Of a stretch of DNA of 64,000 bases, positions 8,912-17,633 are shown one piece after another. The stretch spans positions 1 through 64,000 of the forward strand of contig JAYUUN010000103.1 in NCBI GenBank assembly GCA_043754535.1, read 5' to 3'. A model generated the notes under the pieces. It worked only from the letters and a program-made list of their open reading frames with translations. It did not search any database and was not told the origin of the DNA. Each line of letters starts with the position of its first letter. The stretch's first letter is position 1. The position numbers were made by a program, and so were the translations under genes. Origin of the DNA: Chloroflexota bacterium (lineage in GTDB: Bacteria > Chloroflexota > Chloroflexia > QHBQ01).

Positions 8912-9826
8912 TTAAGGGTTTTGGCCGCCACGAGCATAACGCCACTCGTAGTAGTGGTGACCAATATTGCCCATCTGCACCTTGTAGCCAGTTCGCCCGT
9001 CAGGCTGGTAGGTAAGCACACGCCTTTCGTAGACCTGGATCAGCACGTCGACCCCCTGCACCCCGTTGATTTTGACTTTTGCCCAGTAGGCTTCGCTGAT
9101 CGGGTAGCCAGTCGCGTAGTTGTAGGGATCGGTCAGACGGGCGTTCACTTGCTTGCCGTTGATCAGTACGGGGCCAGTCGTGTTGAGGAACCGCCAGAAC
9201 ACGTCGGGGATGTTGTGCTTGGTGGCTGGCTCGTAAGCAAACTCAGTCACACCTTTGCTAGCGAAGCCAGTGCCATTACTGGTGATGCTGCCGTCGCGGG
9301 CAATGGAGGCTTCGACGATGCTGCCAACGAAGCTGGCACTGGTAGTAGCAATGGCATTGTGGAAGCTGGCATAGGTGGGGGCATTGCCATCGTCAAGATC
9401 ACTGGCGAGGGGTATTTGGGCTGGCTCAAGTGGCTTGAAGCTGTTGTTGCCGATCTGGTAACGGCCCTCGATCAGTTCCCTTGCCAGCAGGCCAGCGGTG
9501 ACGTAGAAAAGGTTGCTCTTGTTGCCGTTGGGGTTGTTGATCTCCATGCGGCCTTTATCGAAATATTGCACCAGGCGGTAGCCGGTACCATCGGGAGCTT
9601 CTACATAAGGCTCACGCGTTCCATCACTGAGGGGCTTTGGCCCCCAGTACCAGCTACGACTGACCTTGCTAGAGGCTATCACAGTACGACTCCAGGTACT
9701 TTGGAAGGCTGCGTTGGCGAAGCCGTAGTTGGTCGCTATCTGTGCCTGGGCAACCAGGCTAAAGCTAGCAAACAGGATAGCCAACAAGACGAAACCAATG
9801 CTCAAACGGAAGGTTCGATTGTTCAC
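8912..9826 (-). CDS. Secreted protein consisting only of the WxRT/YWGP module (paralogue 2)
   Basis: Signal peptide and the same motif series as 7237-8697, no C-terminal domain. Confidence 0.8.
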   Translation of the reverse strand: MNNRTFRLSIGFVLLAILFASFSLVAQAQIATNYGFANAAFQSTWSRTVIASSKVSRSWYWGPKPLSDGTREPYVEAPDGTGYRLVQYFDKGRMEINNPNGNKSNLFYVTAGLLARELIEGRYQIGNNSFKPLEPAQIPLASDLDDGNAPTYASFHNAIATTSASFVGSIVEASIARDGSITSNGTGFASKGVTEFAYEPATKHNIPDVFWRFLNTTGPVLINGKQVNARLTDPYNYATGYPISEAYWAKVKINGVQGVDVLIQVYERRVLTYQPDGRTGYKVQMGNIGHHYYEWRYARGGQNP

Positions 9827-9928
9827 CTGAATATTCCCCTTTTAGCCCGGCGGCTGCTAAGTGAGTGGGTTGACCTTGTCAGTATACCACATAGGCACGT
9901 ACTAGGTATGGTACTATCTAGCAGACCG

Positions 9929-9960
9929 CAAAAAGAGTGGCCGCCGAAGCAGCCACCCCG
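9929..9960 (-). terminator. Intrinsic terminator after paralogue 3
   Basis: GTGGCTGC-TTCG-GCGGCCAC followed by TCTTTTT on the minus strand. Confidence 0.75.
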
Positions 9961-9983
9961 TGTCTAGTCTAAAGTCTATGAGT

Positions 9984-11477
9984 TTAGCCGCCGAACGTGT
10001 CGGCGTAGACTGCCCAACGGTCGATCTCGATGGGGGTGCTGTGGGGGTTGGCAAAGGCAGTGTGGGTGGTGCCAGTAGTATTGTGCAGGGCGTAAATCTT
10101 CCTCGCGCCCAGGTCGGGGTAGACCATCAGGCCACCATCGAAGTATTGTATGGGTGCGCCACCGCTCTTGGCAATATTATCGTAGTAGACGACGGTGGGG
10201 CTGTCTAGCGCAGTGCCGAGGCCACTCAGTAGGTTGCTCGATTGATCACGCGCCGGGAAGATGGGACTGGGCTGCCGCTGGTCGAAGTTGCGGGGCAGAC
10301 CAATGTGTGAGAGGGTGGTAGCGGTGCCATCACTGTAGAGAGCGTATATATCTTGATAGTGTTCACCACTGTAGTAATCATAGTTGTTGATAGCGATCAA
10401 CTTACCGCCCGTGAAGGTCTGAGCGGTGACTGTAGCCCGCTTCTCTGCGCTAACAGAGCAACCGAGATTGATCTTGATCAGCAGGCTCTCGTTCCACAGC
10501 TTGCCAAAGCCGAGGGTTGGGCTGTGGTCTCCGGCACAGGTGCCAGCAACAGCGGCAGGCTTGCCCGCATCGTTGTAACGCCAGGCGTAGTAGTGCTGGC
10601 CGATATTGCCCATCTGTACCTTGAAGCCCTCTGGCGCGCTTGGCACGTAGGTGAGGACGCGCCGCTCGTAGGGCTGGATTAGGGCAACGGTTGCCTTGCC
10701 GCCAATCTTGACTTGCGACCAGTATGCGTCGGCGATGGGGTAGCCAGTAGCGTAGAAGTAGGGGTCGTTCAGGCGAGCCGTTACCTGCCGCCCGTTTTCC
10801 AGCACCGGGCCGCTGGCATTGAGGAAGTTCCAGAAGACATCGGGAATGTTGTGGCGGGTGGTTGGCTCGTAGTAGCTGTACTTAACCTTGTGCTGGCTGT
10901 AGTCGTAGCCATAAGTGGCCGAGCCACCATGCTCGAAGTCTAGCACTCCTGCGCGGTAGATGATCGCCGTGACCGTCTGCCCCGTCTTGTCGCTGTCGCT
11001 GAGGGCAACTGCCCCTCGGAAGCTAGCGTAGGTGGGGGCAGTACCATCATCGGTGTCGCTGGCGAGGGGGATGACGGCGGGCCAGCGCAATACCTGGCTG
11101 TCGTTGCCAGTCTGCATATAACCGCTGATCAACTCTTTGGTTAGCAGGCCATTGGTGACAAAGAAGCGGTTGTTGCGCTCGCTGTCGGGGTTATTGATCT
11201 CCATGCGGCTCTTGTCGAAATACTGGACGAGGTGCTGACCGTCCTTGCCCTCGGCGTAGGGTTCGTAGAGACCAGCGGTGTTGCTACCAGGCCCCCAATA
11301 GAAGCTGCGCTTGAGTGCGCCGCCGGAAACAAGCTGGTCGGTGCGCGTCCAGGTGGTTTGGAAGGCGGGGTCGGCGAACGCGGCTGGGGCGGCTCCGACT
11401 GGCAGGTTGCCAAGCAACAGGGCAACGAGCAGGGCGAAGACAGCAAGGGAGCGGAAGCGGTTGAGGCTGGACATCAT
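9984..11477 (-). CDS. Secreted protein, WxRTD/YWGP module plus divergent C-terminal GFGKLW domain (paralogue 3)
   Basis: Signal peptide; same motif series; DNA nearly identical to paralogue 1 in places. Confidence 0.8.
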   Translation of the reverse strand: MMSSLNRFRSLAVFALLVALLLGNLPVGAAPAAFADPAFQTTWTRTDQLVSGGALKRSFYWGPGSNTAGLYEPYAEGKDGQHLVQYFDKSRMEINNPDSERNNRFFVTNGLLTKELISGYMQTGNDSQVLRWPAVIPLASDTDDGTAPTYASFRGAVALSDSDKTGQTVTAIIYRAGVLDFEHGGSATYGYDYSQHKVKYSYYEPTTRHNIPDVFWNFLNASGPVLENGRQVTARLNDPYFYATGYPIADAYWSQVKIGGKATVALIQPYERRVLTYVPSAPEGFKVQMGNIGQHYYAWRYNDAGKPAAVAGTCAGDHSPTLGFGKLWNESLLIKINLGCSVSAEKRATVTAQTFTGGKLIAINNYDYYSGEHYQDIYALYSDGTATTLSHIGLPRNFDQRQPSPIFPARDQSSNLLSGLGTALDSPTVVYYDNIAKSGGAPIQYFDGGLMVYPDLGARKIYALHNTTGTTHTAFANPHSTPIEIDRWAVYADTFGG

Positions 11478-11531
11478 ATCTTCTTTCAGCGGCGGCTTGC
11501 CGCAGTACCAAGTGAATCATCTACTGCTTGT

Positions 11532-11557
11532 AACGAACATAGCTGAGCGAGGTTACA
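11532..11557 (-). promoter_or_regulatory. Putative ECF sigma promoter TGTAAC-N16-CGTT
   Basis: AAC/CGT ECF-type consensus 55 nt upstream of paralogue 3. Confidence 0.5.
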
Positions 11558-11647
11558 GCAAATCCGCCCCTGATCTTGATGATCTTAGGGCGGGCGGCAA
11601 ATAGCTATTTGGAGGCAGCCAACCGATTTGTTGGCCGCCTTGAGGGT

Positions 11648-12214
11648 TCAGCCACCGGCCCAGCGACGGTAGAGGTCGTGTTCGATGTCGAAGCAGTCAA
11701 GGGTGCGCCCCACGATGTAGTCGATCATGTCGTCCAGCGTCTTGGGGTGATGGTAGAAGGGCGGCGCGGCCATCAGCACGGTTACGCCCATGCGGGCCAG
11801 CTTGAGCAGGTTCTCCAGGTGGATAGCGTGCATTGGCGACTCGCGGGGGACGATCACGAACTTGCGCCCCTCCTTCAGGGTCACGTCGGCGGCGCGCAGC
11901 AGCAGATTGTCAGCATAGCCACTGGCGATCCCGGCTAGCGTCTTCATGCTACAAGGGATCACCGCCATGCCCAGGCCGCGAAAGCTGCCGCTAGCGATAG
12001 CGGCTGCCAGGTTGTCTACCTTGTAGTGGCGGTCGGCCAGGGCGTAGATTTCCTTGGGGTCGCGCCCAGTTTCAATGCGGATCGTGGTCTCCCCCTCTGG
12101 GCTGATCACCAGGTGGGTCTCGATCTCTGGGTTGGCACGCAGCACCTCCAGCAGGCGTATGCCATAGATCACCCCGCTAGCCCCAGAGATACCCACCGTT
12201 AGTCGCTTGACCAT
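11648..12214 (-). CDS. ubiX: Flavin prenyltransferase
   Basis: VGISGASG, IASGS, PCSMKTLA, RAADVTLKE, PRESP, PPFY. Confidence 0.95.
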   Translation of the reverse strand: MVKRLTVGISGASGVIYGIRLLEVLRANPEIETHLVISPEGETTIRIETGRDPKEIYALADRHYKVDNLAAAIASGSFRGLGMAVIPCSMKTLAGIASGYADNLLLRAADVTLKEGRKFVIVPRESPMHAIHLENLLKLARMGVTVLMAAPPFYHHPKTLDDMIDYIVGRTLDCFDIEHDLYRRWAGG

Positions 12215-12269
12215 CTAGTATTCCCCCTGTCGTTGTTTGCTTGATTATAGCACACGACGCGCAGCAAAC

Positions 12270-12297
12270 AGCCCCTCCGCTGTGACAGGGGAGGGGC
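12270..12297 (-). terminator. Terminator between the SDR genes and ubiX
   Basis: GCCCCTCC / GGAGGGGC stem followed by TGTTT on the minus strand; ubiX has its own TGCTATAAT -10 at about 12244-12252. Confidence 0.6.
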
Positions 12298-12310
12298 CAG
12301 GGGGTGCAGT

Positions 12311-13105
12311 CTACTCGTGGCCGCTGAACATCCGCTCGGTCAGGCTGGCGGCCAGCCGCAGGGGGAGCAGGTGAGCAGTGCTGGCTAGAAACTTCTGGTC
12401 GCCAGGGGCGGCGATCACGTAGCCCTCGTTCTTCGCCAAAGCCTTAAGCGCGATCTGCACCACTTCGCTCGCCTCCATTGTGCTGCCAGTTGGGTTGTTC
12501 GGCTCGCTGGCGACGCTGGCGAACTCGGTGTTGGTGTAGCCGGGGCAGAGGCAGAGTACCTGCACGCCCTTGTCTTTCACCTCTGCCCACAGCCCCAGGC
12601 TAAAGTTGAGGACGAGGGCTTTGCTCGCCCCATAGACGGCCATCTGGGCGATAGGCTGGAACGCGCCAGTGCTGGCGATGTTGATGATCCCACCAGCACT
12701 GCGCTCTACCATCTCGGCCACGTAGAGGCCGGTTAGTTCAACCAGTGCATCTACGTTGAGGCGCAGCATCTGCATCGAGCGAGCGACCGGGGTCTGGCTG
12801 AAGCGGCCCGTTGTGCCGAAGCCCGCACTGTTGACCAGCAGAGCGACCTGGTAGCCACGCCCTGCTACTTCGTCGTGCAATCGCTGGCGGCTACCAGCCT
12901 CGGCCAGGTCGAGGGCCAGGTAGTCGGCCTGGATGTTGTGCTTGCTACTCAACTCGGCGGCCAGCTCCTGCAATCGATCTGCGCGGCGGGCCACGAGAAA
13001 CAGATTGTTACCCTGCGCGGCAAGCTGGCGGGCGAACTGCTCGCCGATGCCGCTACTTGCCCCCGTCACCAGAGCCACCGTCGTCAGCTTCTTTTCACTC
13101 ATCAT
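12311..13105 (-). CDS. Short-chain dehydrogenase/reductase (DltE-like)
   Basis: TGASSGIG, NSAGFG, YGASK. Confidence 0.93.
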   Translation of the reverse strand: MMSEKKLTTVALVTGASSGIGEQFARQLAAQGNNLFLVARRADRLQELAAELSSKHNIQADYLALDLAEAGSRQRLHDEVAGRGYQVALLVNSAGFGTTGRFSQTPVARSMQMLRLNVDALVELTGLYVAEMVERSAGGIINIASTGAFQPIAQMAVYGASKALVLNFSLGLWAEVKDKGVQVLCLCPGYTNTEFASVASEPNNPTGSTMEASEVVQIALKALAKNEGYVIAAPGDQKFLASTAHLLPLRLAASLTERMFSGHE

Positions 13106-13151
13106 CTACTCTCTTTCCCTGCTCCCAGATGGGGCAAAAGTGGGGTTGCGC

Positions 13152-13949
13152 TCAAGCTCCCTCGGTGGGGATCATCCGCTTCGTCAACTGGGCAATCAGG
13201 CGGCGCGGGGCAATGGTGGCGGCCCACTTGAGCAGCCGCTGCTCTGGGCTGGCGATCACCACGTAGCCCTTGTTGCGCGCCAAAGCCTTGAGTGCGCCAC
13301 GCACCACCTGCTTTGGACTAACCGCTCGGTTAGCGGCCTGGGTAGGCATCCCGGCCACATCCGCCCACGCGGTTGCTGTCGCGCCAGGGCAGAGGGCAAG
13401 CACGCGCACACCACTCTCCTTCACTTCTGCCCAGACTGCCATACTGAAGTTCAGCACCAAAGCCTTCGTGCCAGCGTAAAGAGCAAGGTTGGCTACCGGT
13501 TGGAAGGCAGCAGTGCTGGCAACGTTGATGATGTCGCCCGACCCACGCTGTACCATCCCTGGCAGGTAGAGCGCAGTTAGCTCGATCAGGGTGTCCACGT
13601 TGACCTGCACCATCTGCATCGCCTGCTCCAGTTCGCTGCTAGCGAAACCCCCGGCCAGGCCGAAGCCCGCGTTGTTGATCAGCGTGCCAACGGTGTAGCC
13701 ACGCCGCTGAACCTCGTCGTAGAGTTGCTGCGGGCTGGCTGGCTCGCTCAGGTCGCTAGCGATGTAGTCAGCCTTGATGCCATAGTATTCTTGCAGCCGC
13801 TGGCAGATCGCTTGTAGCCGCTCCTCACGGCGGGCGACCAACAGCAGGTCGAAGCCGCGCTTTGCGTAGAGGCGGGCGAACTCCTTGCCGATGCCACTAC
13901 TGGCCCCGGTGATCAATACCACGCCCTGGGGCTTGTTATCTTCTGTCAT
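13152..13949 (-). CDS. Short-chain dehydrogenase/reductase (DltE-like), tandem paralogue
   Basis: TGASSGIG, NNAGFG, YAGTK. Confidence 0.93.
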   Translation of the reverse strand: MTEDNKPQGVVLITGASSGIGKEFARLYAKRGFDLLLVARREERLQAICQRLQEYYGIKADYIASDLSEPASPQQLYDEVQRRGYTVGTLINNAGFGLAGGFASSELEQAMQMVQVNVDTLIELTALYLPGMVQRGSGDIINVASTAAFQPVANLALYAGTKALVLNFSMAVWAEVKESGVRVLALCPGATATAWADVAGMPTQAANRAVSPKQVVRGALKALARNKGYVVIASPEQRLLKWAATIAPRRLIAQLTKRMIPTEGA

Positions 13950-14308
13950 ATTGCTCCTCTCGTGCAGTCCAGGTCTGCGCGGCGGCAGCAGGGGAGGGCT
14001 AACTCCGTCTCTGCTGCTGCTTCAGCCGCACACTCGCGCAATTCAGTGACGATGCTCAGCAGTTCGTCAACCACGTATTGCCAATCCAGCCGATAGTAAA
14101 TCTCCTGCCCAGCCCGCTCGCTCTGCAACACGTGTGCATCCTTGAGCAGCTTGAGGTGGTAAGAGATCGCCGGGCGGGTGAGGCTGAAGTGGCTGGCGAT
14201 CTCGCCCACGTTCATCCGCCCCTCCTCACCCAACAGAAAGATGATGTCGAGCCGCGCCCGGTCACCGAGGGTGGTCAGCAGTCTGCCGACTAGCTCTTTA
14301 TCGAGCAT
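13946..14308 (-). CDS. ArsR/SmtB family transcriptional regulator with Cys-rich C-terminus
   Basis: LGDRARLDII, RPAISYHLKLLK, RAGQEIYY; tail ECA...PCCRRADLDC. Confidence 0.9.
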   Translation of the reverse strand: MLDKELVGRLLTTLGDRARLDIIFLLGEEGRMNVGEIASHFSLTRPAISYHLKLLKDAHVLQSERAGQEIYYRLDWQYVVDELLSIVTELRECAAEAAAETELALPCCRRADLDCTRGAI

Positions 14309-14324
14309 GATAGCCCCTTCTTCG

Positions 14325-14348
14325 GTAAACAAGTTCAAACTTGTTTAC
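14325..14348. promoter_or_regulatory. ArsR-type operator, perfect 11-2-11 inverted repeat GTAAACAAGTT-CA-AACTTGTTTAC
   Basis: Perfect palindrome between the promoter and the arsR SD. Confidence 0.85.
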
Positions 14349-14356
14349 GCATCGCC

Positions 14357-14385
14357 ATTATACACTCTGGCGGCAGCGATGTCAA
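14357..14385 (-). promoter_or_regulatory. Consensus sigma70 promoter TTGACA-N17-TATAAT for arsR-SDR-SDR
   Basis: Exact consensus hexamers and spacing. Confidence 0.85.
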
Positions 14386-14585
14386 GCTGGGGGTAGCCAC
14401 GTTCGGGGCAAGTGCAAGCAGGCGGCTAGCCAGGCAGCCACGGCAGCGGGCCACGCAGCCACGGCAGCAAGGCTAGCCACTACCTTCGTTCTGTGCTATA
14501 ATCTACATTGCCTGCCACCGCCTAGCGCGGGCAGTGCAACCAATCTGGCGAACCGGGCGATCCACACTGGGGAAGGAAGCAGACA

Positions 14586-15233
14586 ATGGCTACGATCCGT
14601 AACTACGACCACGATTTTACCGCTGACGAGCAGTTGAAGGACGACGAACGGGCGGGGGGGATGATCGACATCCCGCGCATCAAAGCGGCGGTGTTGGAAA
14701 TACTTGAGGCTATTGGCGACGACCCGAACCGCGAGGGGCTGGCTGACACCCCCCGGCGCATTGCCGAGATGTATGCCGAAATCTTCAGCGGGCTGCACAT
14801 CGACCCGATCAGCGTCCTCAACACCAGCTTCAGCGAGGATCACCATGAGATGGTGGTGCTGAAGGATATCCCTTTCTACAGCACCTGCGAACACCACTTC
14901 GCCCCCTTCCATGGTCGCGTCCACGTCGGCTACATCCCGAACGGCAAGGTGGTGGGCGTGAGCAAGCTGGCCCGCTGCGTCGAGGCGGTCGCCCGCCGCC
15001 CGCAGTTGCAGGAGCGCATCACCTACATGGTTGCCGAGTCGCTGATGAAGGGGCTGAGTCCGATGGGCGCGGGCGTGGTGGTCGAAGCCGAACACCTCTG
15101 CATGACCATGCGTGGGATCAAGAAGCCGGGCAGCAAGATGATCACTTCGGCGATGCGTGGCGTGTTCGAGCAGAACGCGATCACGCGCAACGAGTTTCTT
15201 AGCCTGGTGATGACGCGCGGCGACATATTTTAG
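14586..15233 (+). CDS. folE: GTP cyclohydrolase I
   Basis: [36 protein letters not shown]. Confidence 0.97.
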   Translation: MATIRNYDHDFTADEQLKDDERAGGMIDIPRIKAAVLEILEAIGDDPNREGLADTPRRIAEMYAEIFSGLHIDPISVLNTSFSEDHHEMVVLKDIPFYSTCEHHFAPFHGRVHVGYIPNGKVVGVSKLARCVEAVARRPQLQERITYMVAESLMKGLSPMGAGVVVEAEHLCMTMRGIKKPGSKMITSAMRGVFEQNAITRNEFLSLVMTRGDIF

Positions 15234-15249
15234 CTATTTGGCGGCAACT

Positions 15250-16473
15250 ATGAACTACAACCTGCGAACAATCACTGCTCGCCCCGATCTGGTGCGGGCC
15301 GAGATCGAGGCGGTCGGGGTCGACCCTGCTGGCTACGACGTGCTGACCCCCAAGGGGGAGCAGTACGTCTTGCGGGCCAGCGGCCTCAAGTCGCCTGCCG
15401 TCGCCATCCTCAAGCAAGAGTTGCTGGCGCGGGGTGGTGACGCAGCGACCAACAAGGGGGTGCTGACCTGCGCGGTGGAGCGCAGCGATGTGCTGATTTT
15501 CGCCAACGCCCGCCAGTTGCGCGCCCTGGCAAACGGGCTGAAGGGTCAGCCCTTCGGCCTGCCAGAGCTTGGCGAACAGATCAAGTCGCTGCTAGATGGT
15601 CTGCATCGCGCATTCGCGCCCCTCTCGCTCGGCGAGTACAGCCTGCCGCTGGGCGAACGCACGCTCGTGATGGGCATCCTCAACCTCACCACTGACAGCT
15701 TCAGTGGCGACGGCCTGGGAGCAGACGTGGAGGCGACCTTGCAGCAGGCGCGCGGCTTTGCGGCAGGGGGCTGTGACATCCTCGACCTTGGCGCAGAGAG
15801 TACCCGCCCTGGCAGCGAGGGGATCACGGCGGACGCGGAGCTAGCCAGCCTGCTCCCGGTGATCGCTGCCCTGCGCGACCCTGACCGCGGGGTGCGCTTG
15901 CCGCTTTCGATTGACAGCAGCAAGGCAGTGGTCGCCGACCAGTGCATGGCTCTGGGCGCACAGATGATCAACGACATCAGTGGGCTGCGCGGCGACCCAG
16001 CAATGGCGGCGGTGGCGGCCAAGTGGCAGCGGCCTACCTGCGTAATGCACATCAAGGGGGTGCCGCGCACCATGCAGGTGCAACCGACCTACGACGACCT
16101 ATTGGGCGAGGTGATCGCTTACCTGCGCGAGAGCGTGGAGTTGGCGGTGGCGGCGGGGTTGGCGCGAGAGTTGGTGATCGTTGACCCTGGCATTGGCTTC
16201 GGCAAGAACTTCGACCACAACCTGGAGTTGCTGCGCCGCCTGCCAGAGTTGCACAGCCTCGGCCAACCGCTGCTAGTAGGCACCAGCCGCAAGCGGTTCA
16301 TCGGCCACCTGCTGGGCGACCTGCCGTCAGAGCAGCGCACCTGGGGGACGGCAGCGACGGTAGCGGCCAGCGTCGCAGGGGGGGCGCACATCGTGCGCGT
16401 GCATGATGTTGCCGAGATGGTGCAGGTGGTGCGGGTGGCCGATGCGATCCGACGAGGGTGGGTGGCAGCATGA
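15250..16473 (+). CDS. folP: Dihydropteroate synthase with about 130-aa N-terminal extension
   Basis: VMGILNLTTDSFS, GAESTRPG, DPGIGFGK, GTSRKRF, RVHDV. Confidence 0.95.
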   Translation: MNYNLRTITARPDLVRAEIEAVGVDPAGYDVLTPKGEQYVLRASGLKSPAVAILKQELLARGGDAATNKGVLTCAVERSDVLIFANARQLRALANGLKGQPFGLPELGEQIKSLLDGLHRAFAPLSLGEYSLPLGERTLVMGILNLTTDSFSGDGLGADVEATLQQARGFAAGGCDILDLGAESTRPGSEGITADAELASLLPVIAALRDPDRGVRLPLSIDSSKAVVADQCMALGAQMINDISGLRGDPAMAAVAAKWQRPTCVMHIKGVPRTMQVQPTYDDLLGEVIAYLRESVELAVAAGLARELVIVDPGIGFGKNFDHNLELLRRLPELHSLGQPLLVGTSRKRFIGHLLGDLPSEQRTWGTAATVAASVAGGAHIVRVHDVAEMVQVVRVADAIRRGWVAA

Positions 16474-16961
16474 GCGTGGCCTATCTTGGCCTGGGGTCAA
16501 ACATCGGTGAGCCAGCCGCCAACCTGGAGGCCGCCGTCGCTGCCCTGGACGTGATGGCGGGCATCGCAGTGCTGCGACGCTCGCGCTGGTATGGCAGCAA
16601 GGCGGTTGGCTACACCGAGCAGCCCGATTTCGTCAACGGCGTGGTGGAGATCGCCACCGACTTTACGCCCAGCGAGTTGCTGGCGGCGGTCAAGGGTATC
16701 GAAGCGGGGCTGGGCCGCACGCCGAGCTTCCGCTGGGGGCCACGCCTGATCGACCTCGACATCCTCGACTACAGCGACGCGGCTGGTCAGCGCATCGTCC
16801 GCGGCGACCGCCCGATCATCCCCCACCCCAGTATGCACGAACGCCGCTTTGTGCTAGAACCGCTAGCCGAGCTAGCCCCCACCTGGCAGCTACCAGATGG
16901 GCGCAGCATTGCGGAATTGCTGGCGGGGGTGCAGGAGCAGGAGCTATGGCCGCTGGGTTGA
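16470..16961 (+). CDS. folK: 6-hydroxymethyl-7,8-dihydropterin pyrophosphokinase
   Basis: AYLGLGSN, QPDFVN, WGPRLIDLDIL, PHP..HERRFVL; ATGA overlap with folP. Confidence 0.96.
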   Translation: MSVAYLGLGSNIGEPAANLEAAVAALDVMAGIAVLRRSRWYGSKAVGYTEQPDFVNGVVEIATDFTPSELLAAVKGIEAGLGRTPSFRWGPRLIDLDILDYSDAAGQRIVRGDRPIIPHPSMHERRFVLEPLAELAPTWQLPDGRSIAELLAGVQEQELWPLG

Positions 16962-16979
16962 GTGCAAGAGGGGTGATCG

Positions 16980-17145
16980 GTGACAACCTTCGACAACGCA
17001 ACGATCTTCCGCACGTTGCAGCGTCATTAAGTACGCGCAGGATCGTGAAGCACTGATCCCAATAATGCGTGTCTAGATCAAGCAGCAAGTTAACCTTGAA
17101 CCTGGCTACGGCCTTGAGCAATTCGCGACGGAGCAGCAACTATGA
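16980..17145 (+). pseudogene. Possible decayed small gene upstream of 17142
   Basis: GAGGGG SD plus GTG, 16 codons, then a shifted frame with one TAG that ends in an ATGA overlap with the next gene. Confidence 0.25.
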
Positions 17146-17633
17146 GCTATCGCAGCATCAAACCCTACGGCGTGTGGGCCGAGTCGATACTGGGTTGGCA
17201 CAAACACATCCGCGAGGACGCAGCGTTGGGGCAGGAGCTTGTGCGCTTCTTCCAACTGGCGGCGGAGTGGCTGCCGAAGTATACTTACGAGCAAGCTCTG
17301 TTCGGGGTGGCGGGCGACAACATCAACATCATAGTCGGCAACGTCTGGCTGGCTTCTATGGGACTCTGGCACGGCGGCAGGCTCTGTCTGATGGTCAACC
17401 GCCCTGACCTGAACGATATGCCGCTGGCCGCGATTAACGGCGGCCCAAACTTCGGCTTCAAGTTCTACCCCTGGGCGGATGTTACTGACCTGAACAAGCG
17501 GGCCGACCTCTGGCTGGTCTACGCTGAAGCCACCGAAGGTATCTGGAACTATCCTGTCGCTAGGCAAACCGCCGCCCCCAACAAGCGAGGCAGACAACAG
17601 TTGAGTGCAGTCATGGAGATCGTCAATGAGTAA
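17142..17633 (+). CDS. Hypothetical protein
   Basis: 163-aa ORF with protein-like composition, overlapping the next start. Confidence 0.6.
   Translation: MSYRSIKPYGVWAESILGWHKHIREDAALGQELVRFFQLAAEWLPKYTYEQALFGVAGDNINIIVGNVWLASMGLWHGGRLCLMVNRPDLNDMPLAAINGGPNFGFKFYPWADVTDLNKRADLWLVYAEATEGIWNYPVARQTAAPNKRGRQQLSAVMEIVNE

Noticed and set aside
8834..9967. 377-aa plus-strand ORF
   Set aside because: Antisense shadow of paralogue 2
14420..14480. Short direct repeat GCAGCCACGGCAGC x2 flanked by GGCTAGCCA
   Set aside because: Only two short copies with no spacer pattern; not CRISPR and no evident function
14540..14580. Canonical ZTP or THF riboswitch before folE
   Set aside because: Required 3' hairpin and P1 are not in canonical order; kept only as a low-interest finding
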